Assembly (NCBI GenBank): GCA_029263355.1
Contig: JAJCXQ010000425.1
Coordinates: 1-58,602, forward strand
Direction of reading: 5' to 3'
DNA: 58,602 nucleotides
Source: Acidobacteriota bacterium
Lineage (GTDB): Bacteria > Acidobacteriota > Thermoanaerobaculia > Multivoradales > J023
Shown here one piece after another: positions 36,014 to 44,694 of the stretch. Under the pieces are notes generated by a model. It ran no database searches. It was given only the letters and a program-made list of their open reading frames with translations, and had not been told where the DNA came from. Position 1 is the first letter of the stretch. Each line of letters begins with the position of its first letter. Position numbers and translations under genes: made by a program.

Positions 36014-38401
36014 ATGAGTCGATTGCTCCATCGAGACCTTCGCGACGCATTGCGTGCTATCGGTCGTCGGCCGCTCGCCGCCGCGACCCTTGTTGTCACT
36101 CTTGCCCTTGGTATGGGCGCCACCCTGGCGCTCGCTAGCTTGGTAGATGCCGTGCTGCTGGCTCCCTTTCCGACTCCCGACCCCGAGCGTTTGCTCTACG
36201 TGGTCTCCACTCGTACTGGTCAGGGTGGACATTATGGGGTGGCTTATCACAACTACATGGGGTGGCGGCAGGCTGATGCCTTCGCCGCCATGACCGCTTT
36301 CAAGGGTCGGATGGCGACACTCAACGAGGCCGGTAGCGGCGAGCGGATCGCCATCACCACGGTGGCGCCAAGCTACTTCGCCACCCTCGAGGTCGAGCCC
36401 ACGCTCGGGCGCCGCTTCACCGCCGAAGACCTCCGCGCCCGCCAACAGCTGGCGATCCTCAGCCACGGTCTCTGGCAGCGCCGCTTTGGTGGTGCGGAAG
36501 ACGTTCTCGGTGCGCAGCTCGACCTCGATGGTGAACTGCACACGGTGATCGGTGTGATGCCGGCTGGTCGCGAAACCCACTTTCTGGGTTACCGTGATTT
36601 ATGGACCTTGCTCGAGGTCGACGAGGCGGAGGCTTTGCGTCAGCCACTGCGGGGCTTTTCTGTGCTCGGGCGGCTGCGCGACGACGTCGACGAGGCGACC
36701 GCAGATCGCCAGGTGCAGGCGATCGCAGCCCGGCTTGCCGCCGACTCGCCGACCACCAACGAAGGCTGGACCGCCGAGATGCATCCGGTGCGCTGGTGGA
36801 TCTTGGACGACATCGAACGGCCCCTGTGGGTGGCTTTTGCGGTCAGTCTGTTGGTGTTGCTGACGGCGTGCGGTACGGCGACCAATCTGATGCTGGCGGA
36901 GGTTGCAGCGCGACGCCGGTCCGCCGCAGTGCGCCGCGCCCTCGGTGCCAGGACCTGGTGGCTGGCTCGCAGCTTCCTGGTGGAGAGCCTGGTGTTGGCC
37001 ACTGCTGGCGGAGCTCTCGGTCTGCTGTTCGCCCACTTCGCCCTGGGGGTGGCTTCGGCGCTCCTCGCCGACCATCTGCCGCGGGCGAGCGACGTTGGCG
37101 TCGACTTGCGGACGCTGGGGGCGGCCTGCTTGGCGGTGCTGGTCGCCGCGGTCGTCAGCGGGTTTGCGCCGGCCTTTACCTTGGCGCGAACCTCCGTCGA
37201 AGCGCTGCGTGGACGCGGCTCGGAAGATCGCGGTGGTCGCCGTCTGCGCCGATTGTTGGTGGCCGCCGAAGCGGCCCTCGCCGTTGTCGCGGTGGTTGGC
37301 GCGGCGCTCTGCCTGCAGACCGTGAACCACCTACAGCACATTCGTCCCGGTTTTGAGCCCCAGGGGCTGCTGACTGCGCGGCTCGAATTACCGGAAGGTG
37401 ACGAAGGGTCGCGTCAACCGATGATGGAGGAGCTACTGACGCGGCTCGAGGCGCTACCCGGCGTCGTCCGCGCTGGCGCTTCGGGTTTTGGCCTGCCGCT
37501 GGTCGACAACGATGGCAACTTCGAGCTTTACGTCGAAGATCGTGACAAGGCCGCCCGGCCAGATGTAGTGGTGGATGCCCGAGCGGTCTCCGCCGGCTTC
37601 CGCGAGGCGATGGCGATCCCGCTGGTCGCCGGCCGCTTCTTCGACCCCGGGGAAGGCTGGGAGACGGCCAACGCGGTTGTGATCAACGAGACGATGGCGC
37701 GGCGTTATTGGCCTCACCGCGACCCGATCGGGCGCTGGGTCGAGTGGCAAACCGGTGATCGCGGTACGGTGGTTGGGGTGGTAGGTGACGTCCGCAGCGC
37801 GAGCCTCACCCGTGAGGTGAAGCCCGAAGTTTACATCGCCTGGGGACGCCCCAAGCGCAGTCAGGCGCTGGTGATCCGCGGCTTGGGTTCCGATCCCTTG
37901 AGCCTGGTCGACAGTGTCCGCGCTACCGTCGCCGCGACCATACCGGGAACCGCGATCCACGGCGTTGCGACCGGCGAGGAGCTGGTCCGAGATTCCTACG
38001 GTGACCGGCGCGTATGGTCGTGGCTACTCAGCGTCTTCGCCGTCCTGGTGGTGATCCTCGGCGCCGTCGGGCTTTATGGTGTGGTCGCCCACTGGGTGGC
38101 AGGCCGTGAACGCGAGATCGGCGTCCGCATGGCGCTGGGCGCCTTACCCGCTGCCGTCGTTCGGAAGGTTTTGGCGCAAGGCATGGGTCCAGTTGCGGCA
38201 GGGGTTGGGCTAGGGATTGTCGCCGCCCTGGTCCTGGTCCGCCACTTGGAGAGCCAGCTTTACGGTGTTGCGTCGCGCGATCCGATCACCCTGGTCGGCG
38301 CCGCCTTCGCGGTGGCGTTCAGCGCGGTTTTGATTTGCGCTCTGCCAGCCCGGCGGGCAGCGCGGGTGGATCCATCGGTCGCTGTGCGCGACGAGAGATG
38401 A
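36014..38401 (+). CDS. Duplicated MacB/FtsX-type ABC permease (ADOP-like), no adjacent ATPase gene
   Basis: DLRDALR..TLALGMGA, two MacB-PCD/FtsX halves, REIGVRMALGA and PARRAARVDP. Confidence 0.92.
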   Translation: MSRLLHRDLRDALRAIGRRPLAAATLVVTLALGMGATLALASLVDAVLLAPFPTPDPERLLYVVSTRTGQGGHYGVAYHNYMGWRQADAFAAMTAFKGRMATLNEAGSGERIAITTVAPSYFATLEVEPTLGRRFTAEDLRARQQLAILSHGLWQRRFGGAEDVLGAQLDLDGELHTVIGVMPAGRETHFLGYRDLWTLLEVDEAEALRQPLRGFSVLGRLRDDVDEATADRQVQAIAARLAADSPTTNEGWTAEMHPVRWWILDDIERPLWVAFAVSLLVLLTACGTATNLMLAEVAARRRSAAVRRALGARTWWLARSFLVESLVLATAGGALGLLFAHFALGVASALLADHLPRASDVGVDLRTLGAACLAVLVAAVVSGFAPAFTLARTSVEALRGRGSEDRGGRRLRRLLVAAEAALAVVAVVGAALCLQTVNHLQHIRPGFEPQGLLTARLELPEGDEGSRQPMMEELLTRLEALPGVVRAGASGFGLPLVDNDGNFELYVEDRDKAARPDVVVDARAVSAGFREAMAIPLVAGRFFDPGEGWETANAVVINETMARRYWPHRDPIGRWVEWQTGDRGTVVGVVGDVRSASLTREVKPEVYIAWGRPKRSQALVIRGLGSDPLSLVDSVRATVAATIPGTAIHGVATGEELVRDSYGDRRVWSWLLSVFAVLVVILGAVGLYGVVAHWVAGREREIGVRMALGALPAAVVRKVLAQGMGPVAAGVGLGIVAALVLVRHLESQLYGVASRDPITLVGAAFAVAFSAVLICALPARRAARVDPSVAVRDER

Positions 38402-38429
38402 GTGGTGTGGTCAACTTGGAGGACAACGC

Positions 38430-38612
38430 TACTGGATCGCTCGCTACCCGGTGACCAACTTGCAATATGCGAGCTTCATCGAAGCCGGCGGCTACTTGCG
38501 GCGAGAGTTTTGGAGTCCTGAAGGGTGGCAGTGGCGCGAGACGAAGAATCGAAATGCGCCCCAGCCATTAAGGAACGACTTCGAGAATCCGATCTTTCCC
38601 CGAGTCGGCGTT
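38430..38612 (+). pseudogene. Fragment of a SUMF1/EgtB/PvdO (FGE-sulfatase) domain gene
   Basis: YWIARYPVTNLQYASFIEAGGY..EFWSPEGWQWR...PRVGV; both the N-terminus and the RLPTEAEWE/GN core are missing. Confidence 0.7.
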
Positions 38613-38682
38613 AAGCCAAGCGGCGAGCCTGTCTTGGTGATGCAGAGCCAACTGGGCGTCAGAGCTGGACCAGGACTCAGGC

Positions 38683-39951
38683 TTACTCGCGAGGAATCCT
38701 GATGCTGGATTCTCCGCCTGGGCTACATCGCAAGGTGAGCACCATGACCTCGGGGAAAACTCCGATGCGAAAGGGGATACCCCAGAAGTTGGTGCCGGGG
38801 TGAATGTAAAGCAGGGAGCGACCCTGCTGGTGGGATCCCATCGCCAACTTCAGAAACGGTGACGCCATGCTCCAACCCCGGGACGGAATCGCAAATTGGC
38901 CGTAATGGGTGTGGCCACTGAGGGTGAGGTCGACGCCGCGCTCGGCGAGGGCAGGCCATAGAACGGGATTGTGAGCCAAGGCGAGGATCGGTTCGCCTTC
39001 TGGGATACCGGCGAGGGTCAGATCGATGTCGGGAGCGGCGCCTTGTCCGCCTCCCCGAGGCCAACTCTTGCCGGCGGGATCTCCGGTGCCGGCGATCCAG
39101 AGTTGCTGGCCGCTGCGCTCCACGGCGACGGATTCGTTTACTAAGACGACAAACCCAGCCTCGGAGAGGCCGCGATGGACACCGTCCCAGCCGGCGTAGA
39201 CATCGTGGTTACCAGCGATGGCGAAAATTCCCAAGGGGGCCTGCAGGTCGCCGAAGGCGGCGTTGAAAAATTTGACGTCATAGGCGAAGTCATCCACCTG
39301 ATCTCCGGTGATGACGATGAGGTCAGGGCTCGCCTGTTCTACCGCCCGGGCAATCCGCTGCAAGAAGCGGCGCGAGGTCTGCGGGCCGACGTGTAGATCG
39401 GAAATCTGCACGACACGCAAGCCGTCGAAGGCTGCCGGCAGCCGTGGCATGTGAACTTCCAGCCGCTTGACGGACAGCCGGTGGGTTCCCACCCAACCGA
39501 CCAACGCGGTGATGACTGCCAGAGTTGCACTCACCGCCAGGGCCCAGCGTCCACCGGCTCCCAGTGCCCCAAAGGGCAGACCCACAAGTGCGCCGAGCAG
39601 GGTAGCGATGGCGAGCAGCGGCATGAAAAGCAGGGCGTACCAGAACGGCCGCAGCACCAGGAGTCGGGTGATGGCTGAAGGATAAGAGGCGCCCTGGAAG
39701 CCGCGGATCAGCGCCCAAACAGGAATCACGCCCACGATGAACCCCGCGGCGACGGCGAGCCACCCGCCCGGCAACAGCGGCCGGAGCCAGGCGCCAACGA
39801 TGAGCCAAGAGCCACCCAACCAGGCTGCGAAGAAGGTGATGATGGGTCGCAAAGAGAGCGAGCCTGCCTTGTTTTCATTGGATTCTTGCAGTGGTCCGAC
39901 CTCCGGTCGCCGAGGTTGAGGCGAAGCTCCCAAGAGCTCCCTTCGTTTCAA
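38683..39951 (-). CDS. Membrane-anchored metallophosphoesterase (YkuE-like); true start probably further downstream
   Basis: Motifs SDLH, TGD, GNHD, LAHNP and SGHTHYGQ after N-terminal TM helices. Confidence 0.9.
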   Translation of the reverse strand: MKRRELLGASPQPRRPEVGPLQESNENKAGSLSLRPIITFFAAWLGGSWLIVGAWLRPLLPGGWLAVAAGFIVGVIPVWALIRGFQGASYPSAITRLLVLRPFWYALLFMPLLAIATLLGALVGLPFGALGAGGRWALAVSATLAVITALVGWVGTHRLSVKRLEVHMPRLPAAFDGLRVVQISDLHVGPQTSRRFLQRIARAVEQASPDLIVITGDQVDDFAYDVKFFNAAFGDLQAPLGIFAIAGNHDVYAGWDGVHRGLSEAGFVVLVNESVAVERSGQQLWIAGTGDPAGKSWPRGGGQGAAPDIDLTLAGIPEGEPILALAHNPVLWPALAERGVDLTLSGHTHYGQFAIPSRGWSMASPFLKLAMGSHQQGRSLLYIHPGTNFWGIPFRIGVFPEVMVLTLRCSPGGESSIRIPRE

Positions 39952-40098
39952 GGCTCCATCTGAAAGCTGAGTATGTCGCGAAACTCTTGGCGGGTTCTCG
40001 CATTCGATGCCGTATCTCGAACAGAAGGCGGCGGACCAACCCAGGCTGCTAGGCTCAGCGACGATAACTCCTCATCGTCCAACAGGAGAGCGGGTACC

Positions 40099-41070
40099 AT
40101 GAAGACGATCTCGATCGCACTCGTCACTCTGCTGTTCGCCCTATCGCCCCTGGGTGCGGCCGACGGTGACCTACTCGCCCACGAACCCGTGGCGCTCGAG
40201 GCCAGTGGTCTGCTCGAAGGGGTCGACGAGGCTCGCCGTGACCGACTCCGCGGGTTGTTGGGAGAGCTCGGCGAGACCATCGAGCTTTCCCGCATCACCT
40301 ACGAGAGCGGTGGACTGAAAGTTCGCGGTTATATTGCTGTTCCAAAGTCGGGTGAGAAGCTTCCCTGCGTGATCTACAACCGCGGCGGCAACCGAGAGTT
40401 TGGAGCGTTGACCGACCTGCGCGCAGCGGTGCTGCTCGGAAAGCTTGCTCGCCGCGGTTACGTCGTCGTCGCCAGCCAATATCGCGGAAACGGCGGCGGC
40501 GAAGGTCGGGAGGAATTTGGCGGCGCCGAAGTTCAAGACGTTCTCAGCCTGATTCCACTGCTCGAAGGACTCCCGCGAGCTGACGCGACGCGCATCGGCA
40601 TGTACGGTTGGTCGCGGGGTGGGATGATGACCTATCTCGCCCTCGCCCGGACCGACCGTCTCCGCGCGGCGATCATTGGAGCTGGCGTCTCGGACAGCTT
40701 CGCTTCGGTCGCGAAGCGGCCCAAGATGGAAGAGCATGTCTATTCCGAGCTCGTCCCGAACTGGAACGAGAACCGCGAGCAGGCCCTGGCCGTCCGCTCG
40801 GCAATCCGTTGGCCAGAGAAGCTGCACCGAGAGACGCCGATTCTGATCCTCCACGGCACCAGCGACTGGCGCGTGCACCCGTCACAGTCGCTTCGCATGG
40901 CCGAAGCTCTGTTGGAGATCCAACATCCATTCCGGCTGATGATCTTCGAAGGCGGCGATCACGGCTTGTCCGAATTCCGCGCGGAAGTTGATGACGCCGC
41001 CGGCGCTTGGCTCGACCGTTATGTCCGTGATGGCAAGACGTGGCCAAGCCTCGAACCGCACGGTAGGTGA
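40099..41070 (+). CDS. Secreted S9 (prolyl oligopeptidase-like) alpha/beta hydrolase
   Basis: AGGAG SD, signal peptide, YNRGGN, GWSRGG nucleophile, HGTSDWRV and GGDH. Confidence 0.9.
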   Translation: MKTISIALVTLLFALSPLGAADGDLLAHEPVALEASGLLEGVDEARRDRLRGLLGELGETIELSRITYESGGLKVRGYIAVPKSGEKLPCVIYNRGGNREFGALTDLRAAVLLGKLARRGYVVVASQYRGNGGGEGREEFGGAEVQDVLSLIPLLEGLPRADATRIGMYGWSRGGMMTYLALARTDRLRAAIIGAGVSDSFASVAKRPKMEEHVYSELVPNWNENREQALAVRSAIRWPEKLHRETPILILHGTSDWRVHPSQSLRMAEALLEIQHPFRLMIFEGGDHGLSEFRAEVDDAAGAWLDRYVRDGKTWPSLEPHGR

Positions 41071-41121
41071 GTTTTCGGTTGCTTTGCAGGCACGGCGCTC
41101 GCGTATGGGCAGCTCTCGGGG

Positions 41122-41190
41122 GTTATCCCGATCAGGATCATTCGATGAAGTTCTGGCTCGAACCCATGATACGATCCCGATCGGGATAAC
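41122..41190. promoter_or_regulatory. Two HipB-type palindromic operators
   Basis: ATCCCGATCAGGAT (41125-41138) and the perfect ATCCCGATCGGGAT (41174-41187) lie directly upstream of hipB. Confidence 0.75.
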
Positions 41191-41235
41191 TATCGCCCTC
41201 GCCATCTCTCGAGTCACCGGTTCCGATTGCCACCC

Positions 41236-41460
41236 ATGTCCAACGCCATCCACTCCACCAGCGAGCTCGGCACACTGATCCGCATCGAGCGCAAGACCCT
41301 CGGCCTGACCCAGAGCGACCTTGCAGCAGCTTGCGGCCTCAGTCTGCGCTTCATCAGTGAGCTCGAGCGTGGACGCGCGAGCGCCGGCATCGGCCGCGTG
41401 CTGCATGTGCTCGACATGTTGGGTCTCGGAGTGACGATCGAGAGCCCCGCGAGTGGCTAG
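41236..41460 (+). CDS. hipB: HipB-like XRE HTH antitoxin
   Basis: LGTLIR.ERK.LGLTQSDLA..CG.SLRFISELERG; overlaps hipA. Confidence 0.88.
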   Translation: MSNAIHSTSELGTLIRIERKTLGLTQSDLAAACGLSLRFISELERGRASAGIGRVLHVLDMLGLGVTIESPASG

Positions 41461-42712
41461 AGACCTGACCGTCTACCTCCAGGGGAAGGTCGCGGGTACC
41501 TTGCGGCAAGAGGACTCGGGCCGCCTGACCTTCACCTATGACGGTGGTTACCTCAACCGTCCTCGAGCCCAGCCTCTGTCGCTCTCCTTGCCGCTGCAAG
41601 AGGAGCCCTTCGACGATCGCCAGGCGCGGCCATTTTTAGCCGGTTTGTTGCCTGACGACCACGCCCGCGAGCGTCTGGCCCGCTACCTGGGCGTTTCCCG
41701 GCGCAACGACTTTGCGCTGCTGGCAGAGGTGGGGGGAGAATGCGCTGGCGCCGTCGCGTTTTACCCGCCCGACACCGATCCGCCTCCGGCGGGGCAAGGC
41801 GATCTCACGCCCCTCGACGACACTGCGCTGGCGACGTTGTTGCGCGACTTGCCTCGCCGCCCGCTGCATGCCGGTGGCGAGATGCGCCTCTCTCTCGCTG
41901 GTGCCCAAGACAAGATGGCGCTGGTACTTGTGGGTGGAGTCTTCAACCTGCCACGGGGTGATCACCCCACGACCCACATCCTCAAACCCGCGATTGAGCA
42001 GTTTGCTGACACAGTTTCCAACGAGTACTTCTGCATGCGGCTCGCGGCCCGGCTCGGACTCGAGGTGCCGGCTGTCGAGGTCGGTCGTGCGGAGGACGTC
42101 CCTTTCCTGATCATCGAACGATACGATCGGGTCGGTGGCGAGGGCAGCGAGCCCCGGCGCATGCACCAGGAAGATTTCTGCCAAGCGCTAGCGATTCCAC
42201 CCGAACACAAATACCAGGGCGAAGGTGGTCCGTCCTTGGCTCAATGTTTCGAACTGCTCAATGCCTGTGCCCGCCCGGTACTCGATCGCCTCGAGTTGCT
42301 TCGCCGCGTGTTCTTCAACTACTTGATCGGCAATGCTGATGCCCACGGCAAGAACTTCGCGCTCTTGTATAAGCCAAAAGGAATCACCCTTGCGCCGGCC
42401 TACGATCTCCTGTGCACCACGATCTACAGCGACCATACCGACCGGATGGCGATGAAAATCGGCCGCAAGAACCGCTTCCCCGAGGTTCTTCCACGCCACT
42501 GGGACACCTTCGCCCGGGACGCTGGCCTCGCCCCGCCGCAGGTCCGTCGAGATTTGCTCGCTATGGCCGAGCGGCTGCCTACCGAAGCGCATCATCTGTC
42601 GGACGAGCTCCAGCCTCTCAGCCGAGACGCTATGCACTCGATGTTTGTTCAGATCACCCGCGATATCGCCAAGCGTGCGGAATCTGTGAAACGCTGTTTC
42701 AGCGATTTGTGA
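41453..42712 (+). CDS. hipA: HipA family serine/threonine kinase toxin
   Basis: Motifs PLSLSLP, LSLAGAQDK, THILKP, HQEDFCQAL, GNADAHGKN and LAPAYD. Confidence 0.95.
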   Translation: MARDLTVYLQGKVAGTLRQEDSGRLTFTYDGGYLNRPRAQPLSLSLPLQEEPFDDRQARPFLAGLLPDDHARERLARYLGVSRRNDFALLAEVGGECAGAVAFYPPDTDPPPAGQGDLTPLDDTALATLLRDLPRRPLHAGGEMRLSLAGAQDKMALVLVGGVFNLPRGDHPTTHILKPAIEQFADTVSNEYFCMRLAARLGLEVPAVEVGRAEDVPFLIIERYDRVGGEGSEPRRMHQEDFCQALAIPPEHKYQGEGGPSLAQCFELLNACARPVLDRLELLRRVFFNYLIGNADAHGKNFALLYKPKGITLAPAYDLLCTTIYSDHTDRMAMKIGRKNRFPEVLPRHWDTFARDAGLAPPQVRRDLLAMAERLPTEAHHLSDELQPLSRDAMHSMFVQITRDIAKRAESVKRCFSDL

Positions 42713-42841
42713 GTTCCGAACCGGTCTACTGACTTCTGCTTGCTGACGACCCGCGGGTCGACTCGACGGCAGATCTCAGGTCCGTTCGTGGTTCCAGGAG
42801 TACGCGCACAGTTCTGTGCTCAATAGAATAGGATCGAAGCC

Positions 42842-43372
42842 ATGCGAGCCTCCGTCGATCCGGCCAGAATCCACCAACTGATTCAGGAGTTGGGGCGCCG
42901 AGTCAGGGGGCCTGGTCGAATCTATCTCACCGGCGGCGCCTCGGCGCTGCTCGAAGGTTGGCGCGATACGACCGTGGATATTGATCTCAAGATCGACCCA
43001 GAACCCCCCGGAGTCTTCGAGGCGATCGCTGAGCTCAAAACGGAAATGGATATCAACATCGAGTTGGCGGCACCGGACCATTTTTTGCCGGTGCTTCCCG
43101 ACTGGCAGAGTAGATCGCGCTTCATTGATCGGCACGGTGAGGTCGACTTCTTCCACTATGATTTCCGCGCTCAGGCGCTCTCGAAGCTCGCCCGCGGCCA
43201 TGACCGTGACGCCCGCGACGTTCGATCGATGTTGGAGCGTGGTTTGGTGGAGCGCAAGGAGCTTGCTGCGGCTTTCGAGCAGATGCGGCCTGATCTCATC
43301 CGTTTTCCCGCTCTCGACATTCCGGCTTTTGAGCGTCGGGTCCGCGATGCGCTCGAGGTCAGCGATGCATAG
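42842..43372 (+). CDS. Nucleotidyltransferase-fold protein (DUF6036-like)
   Basis: YLTGGASALL.GWRDTTVDIDL and ALSKLARGHDRD. Confidence 0.8.
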   Translation: MRASVDPARIHQLIQELGRRVRGPGRIYLTGGASALLEGWRDTTVDIDLKIDPEPPGVFEAIAELKTEMDINIELAAPDHFLPVLPDWQSRSRFIDRHGEVDFFHYDFRAQALSKLARGHDRDARDVRSMLERGLVERKELAAAFEQMRPDLIRFPALDIPAFERRVRDALEVSDA

Positions 43373-43754
43373 GCTGACAGAAGGGGGTGCGCTCGATGGG
43401 CTGCCCGGGGCCGAGAGAATCGCGACCGGGCTCCGCGACCTGACGGCCGGTGTGTACTCTGCCGAAGCTTGCCTAGTGGCATGTGCATCGCTTCGACTGC
43501 GTGATCTGGGATTGTCCTTGCCCGAGCCACTCAGCCTACCCGAGGAGCCCGAGTTGCTGCTCTACCAGACTCTAGGGCAAGAGCACGACGACCCCTACTA
43601 CCGCTATAACTCCTGGCGTCAGGAGCTCGACAGCTTCATTGCTGCTTTGCAGGCACGGCGCCGGCTGTTGAGTGATCTCCTTGATCGATTGGATGAGGAA
43701 AACGGTCCGGTCGATGAGGCTCTGGTCCAGCAAAACGTCGAGATCTTGGAATGA
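43365..43754 (+). CDS. Hypothetical partner protein of the nucleotidyltransferase
   Basis: ATG 43365 overlaps the upstream stop; GAGG SD; LPGAE..GLRDL and YYRYNS..L.SF. Confidence 0.7.
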   Translation: MHRLTEGGALDGLPGAERIATGLRDLTAGVYSAEACLVACASLRLRDLGLSLPEPLSLPEEPELLLYQTLGQEHDDPYYRYNSWRQELDSFIAALQARRRLLSDLLDRLDEENGPVDEALVQQNVEILE

Positions 43755-43825
43755 ACCGCGGCGTCGCGCTCGACGCCGTCGCCTTTGTCGCCTTGGCTGG
43801 ACGTTCCTCGGGCATGGTGCGGTAG
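43751..43825 (+). pseudogene. Possible truncated PIN toxin N-terminus
   Basis: MNRGVALDAVAFVALAGR.. with ATGA overlap resembles the first strand and helix of PIN domains; stops after 24 codons. Confidence 0.35.
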
Positions 43826-43905
43826 GCATTTTGGCACGGAACCCCGGCTGTGGCTTCTGATAATCTGCGCGAGCCTACCGTTACCAATGCCCTTAGGAGT
43901 GAACC

Positions 43906-44679
43906 GTGCTGACTTTGCTTTCGCCCGCCAAAACACTCGATCTCTCGGCCGCTCCCGCGGACCTCGCCACCACTGTGCCCCGTTTCGAGAAAGACATCGC
44001 GGTGCTCATGAAGCGCTGTAAGAAGCTGAGCGTACGGTCGCTCCGCCGCTTGATGGATCTGAGTGAGCCCCTCGCCGAGCTCAACCGTCAACGCTTCCAG
44101 GAGATGAGCTTTCCGTTCACTCCCGAGAATGCCAAACCTTGCGTCTTGGCGTTCCAAGGGGACGTCTACAAGGGACTCGACGCTGGGAGCTTGTCGCGTC
44201 GAGATCTGCAGTGGGCCCAAGACCGCCTGCGCATCTTGTCGGGGCTATATGGCCTGTTGCGCCCCCTCGACCTGATGCAGCCCTACCGCCTCGAGATGGG
44301 CACCCGGCTATCCAATACCCGGGGAAAGAATCTCTACAATTTTTGGGGTAACCGTCTGGTTGATGCCTTGAATGCCGAGGCTGCGGAGCGATCCACGACG
44401 GTGCTCAACCTGGCCTCGAACGAGTATTTCAAGGCGGTGCCCAAGAAGCGTCTCGAGGCCCCCCTGGTCCACGCTGACTTCAAGGAGATTCGCGATGGCA
44501 AACCGCGGACGATCAGCTTTTTCGCCAAGCGCGCCCGTGGCTTGATGGCTCGTTTTATTGTGCGCCATCGCGTCGAGGATCCGGCGGGGTTGAAGGAGTT
44601 TGCCGAAGAGGGTTACGGCTTCAATCCCGACCTCTCAGCCAACGATCGCCTGGTATTTACTCGCCAGCAAGCGGCGTAA
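43906..44679 (+). CDS. yaaA: Peroxide stress protein YaaA
   Basis: Motifs LSPAKTLD, FQGDVY.GL, LSGLYGLLRPLD..PYRLEMG, NLASNEY and AKRARG. Confidence 0.95.
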   Translation: MLTLLSPAKTLDLSAAPADLATTVPRFEKDIAVLMKRCKKLSVRSLRRLMDLSEPLAELNRQRFQEMSFPFTPENAKPCVLAFQGDVYKGLDAGSLSRRDLQWAQDRLRILSGLYGLLRPLDLMQPYRLEMGTRLSNTRGKNLYNFWGNRLVDALNAEAAERSTTVLNLASNEYFKAVPKKRLEAPLVHADFKEIRDGKPRTISFFAKRARGLMARFIVRHRVEDPAGLKEFAEEGYGFNPDLSANDRLVFTRQQAA

Positions 44680-44694
44680 CGGTTCACATAGACG

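Noticed and set aside
42981-43754. 257-aa ORF
   Set aside because: Its first half is an alternative frame of the nucleotidyltransferase gene; the plausible start is ATG 43365.
35045-43825. Prophage or integrative element suggested by clustered TA loci
   Set aside because: No integrase, transposase, phage structural gene, tRNA target or flanking direct repeats were seen.
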